64,000 nucleotides of DNA. Origin: Hyaloraphidium curvatum SAG 235-1 (Eukaryota > Fungi > Monoblepharomycota). Of the stretch, positions 63,924-64,000 are shown piece by piece (positions within the stretch are counted from its first letter, which is position 1; every line of letters starts with the position of its first letter). A program made the translations under genes and the position numbers. The stretch spans positions 248,001-312,000 of the forward strand of contig JAIVFI010000037.1 of NCBI GenBank assembly GCA_025558095.1, read 5' to 3'. Below the pieces are notes generated by a model, which was not told where the DNA came from, searched no databases, and was given only the letters and a program-made list of their open reading frames with translations.

Positions 63924-64000
63924 AGTGAAACAGAAAGTGTTGTTCGTCTCCAATGTGCTCAGGGTCATGCTTGCACGTTCTCTGCTGCACCTCAAGCCCT

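Larger units (their letters stand above)
59586..64000 (-). mobile_element. Non-LTR retrotransposon copy 3: tail plus tandem 2011-bp units running off the window
   Basis: Tail TAGAATAGAATAGAATAG at 59586; identical junctions at 61912/61913 and 63923/63924. Confidence 0.92.

Noticed and set aside
54813-64000. RT as retron, DGR, group II intron, telomerase or Penelope/Athena type
   Set aside because: The motif set (YRGISI, QFGFR, DFTKAFD, GVKQGDPLS, FADD, ETGR..C..DE.HFLF.C) is that of APE-clade non-LTR ORF2. There is no msr/msd, TR/VR pair or TERT/PLE signature

Overview
Eukaryotic, GC-rich, very gene-dense genomic DNA with many short (about 45-70 nt) GT-AG introns. Protein content and intron style point to an early-diverging fungus (inference). 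Bases 1-54 kb hold about 24 mostly housekeeping genes: NOG2, CIA30, NUP192, G-gamma, RPL43, GUK1, RPB8, VPS15, DDX42, RPS5, AIR1/2-like, ZW10, QCR6, an RRM protein, DCN1, RPS29, TCTP, a bZIP, MDE1, ELP1, LSM7, SF3B6, VPS27, a Ran1-like kinase and RPA12. Two accessory regions stand out. (1) About 26.8-32.2 kb is a roughly 5.3-kb insertion bounded by a 17-bp imperfect inverted repeat and hairpins. It encodes a spliced, >1000-aa Fanzor1-type (TnpB-derived RuvC) RNA-guided nuclease with an intact D-E-D triad. The ORF track misses the whole gene because introns split it. The element has no transposase and abuts an apparently C-terminally truncated ZW10. (2) From about 54.8 kb to the window end lies a strictly polarised head-to-tail array of endonuclease-less non-LTR retrotransposon RT copies. 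They carry (TTCTA)n 3' tails, a 2011-bp tandem unit, nested solo LTRs and CpG decay, resembling a telomeric or centromeric retroelement cluster. Exon boundaries were worked out by eye and no database searches were run.
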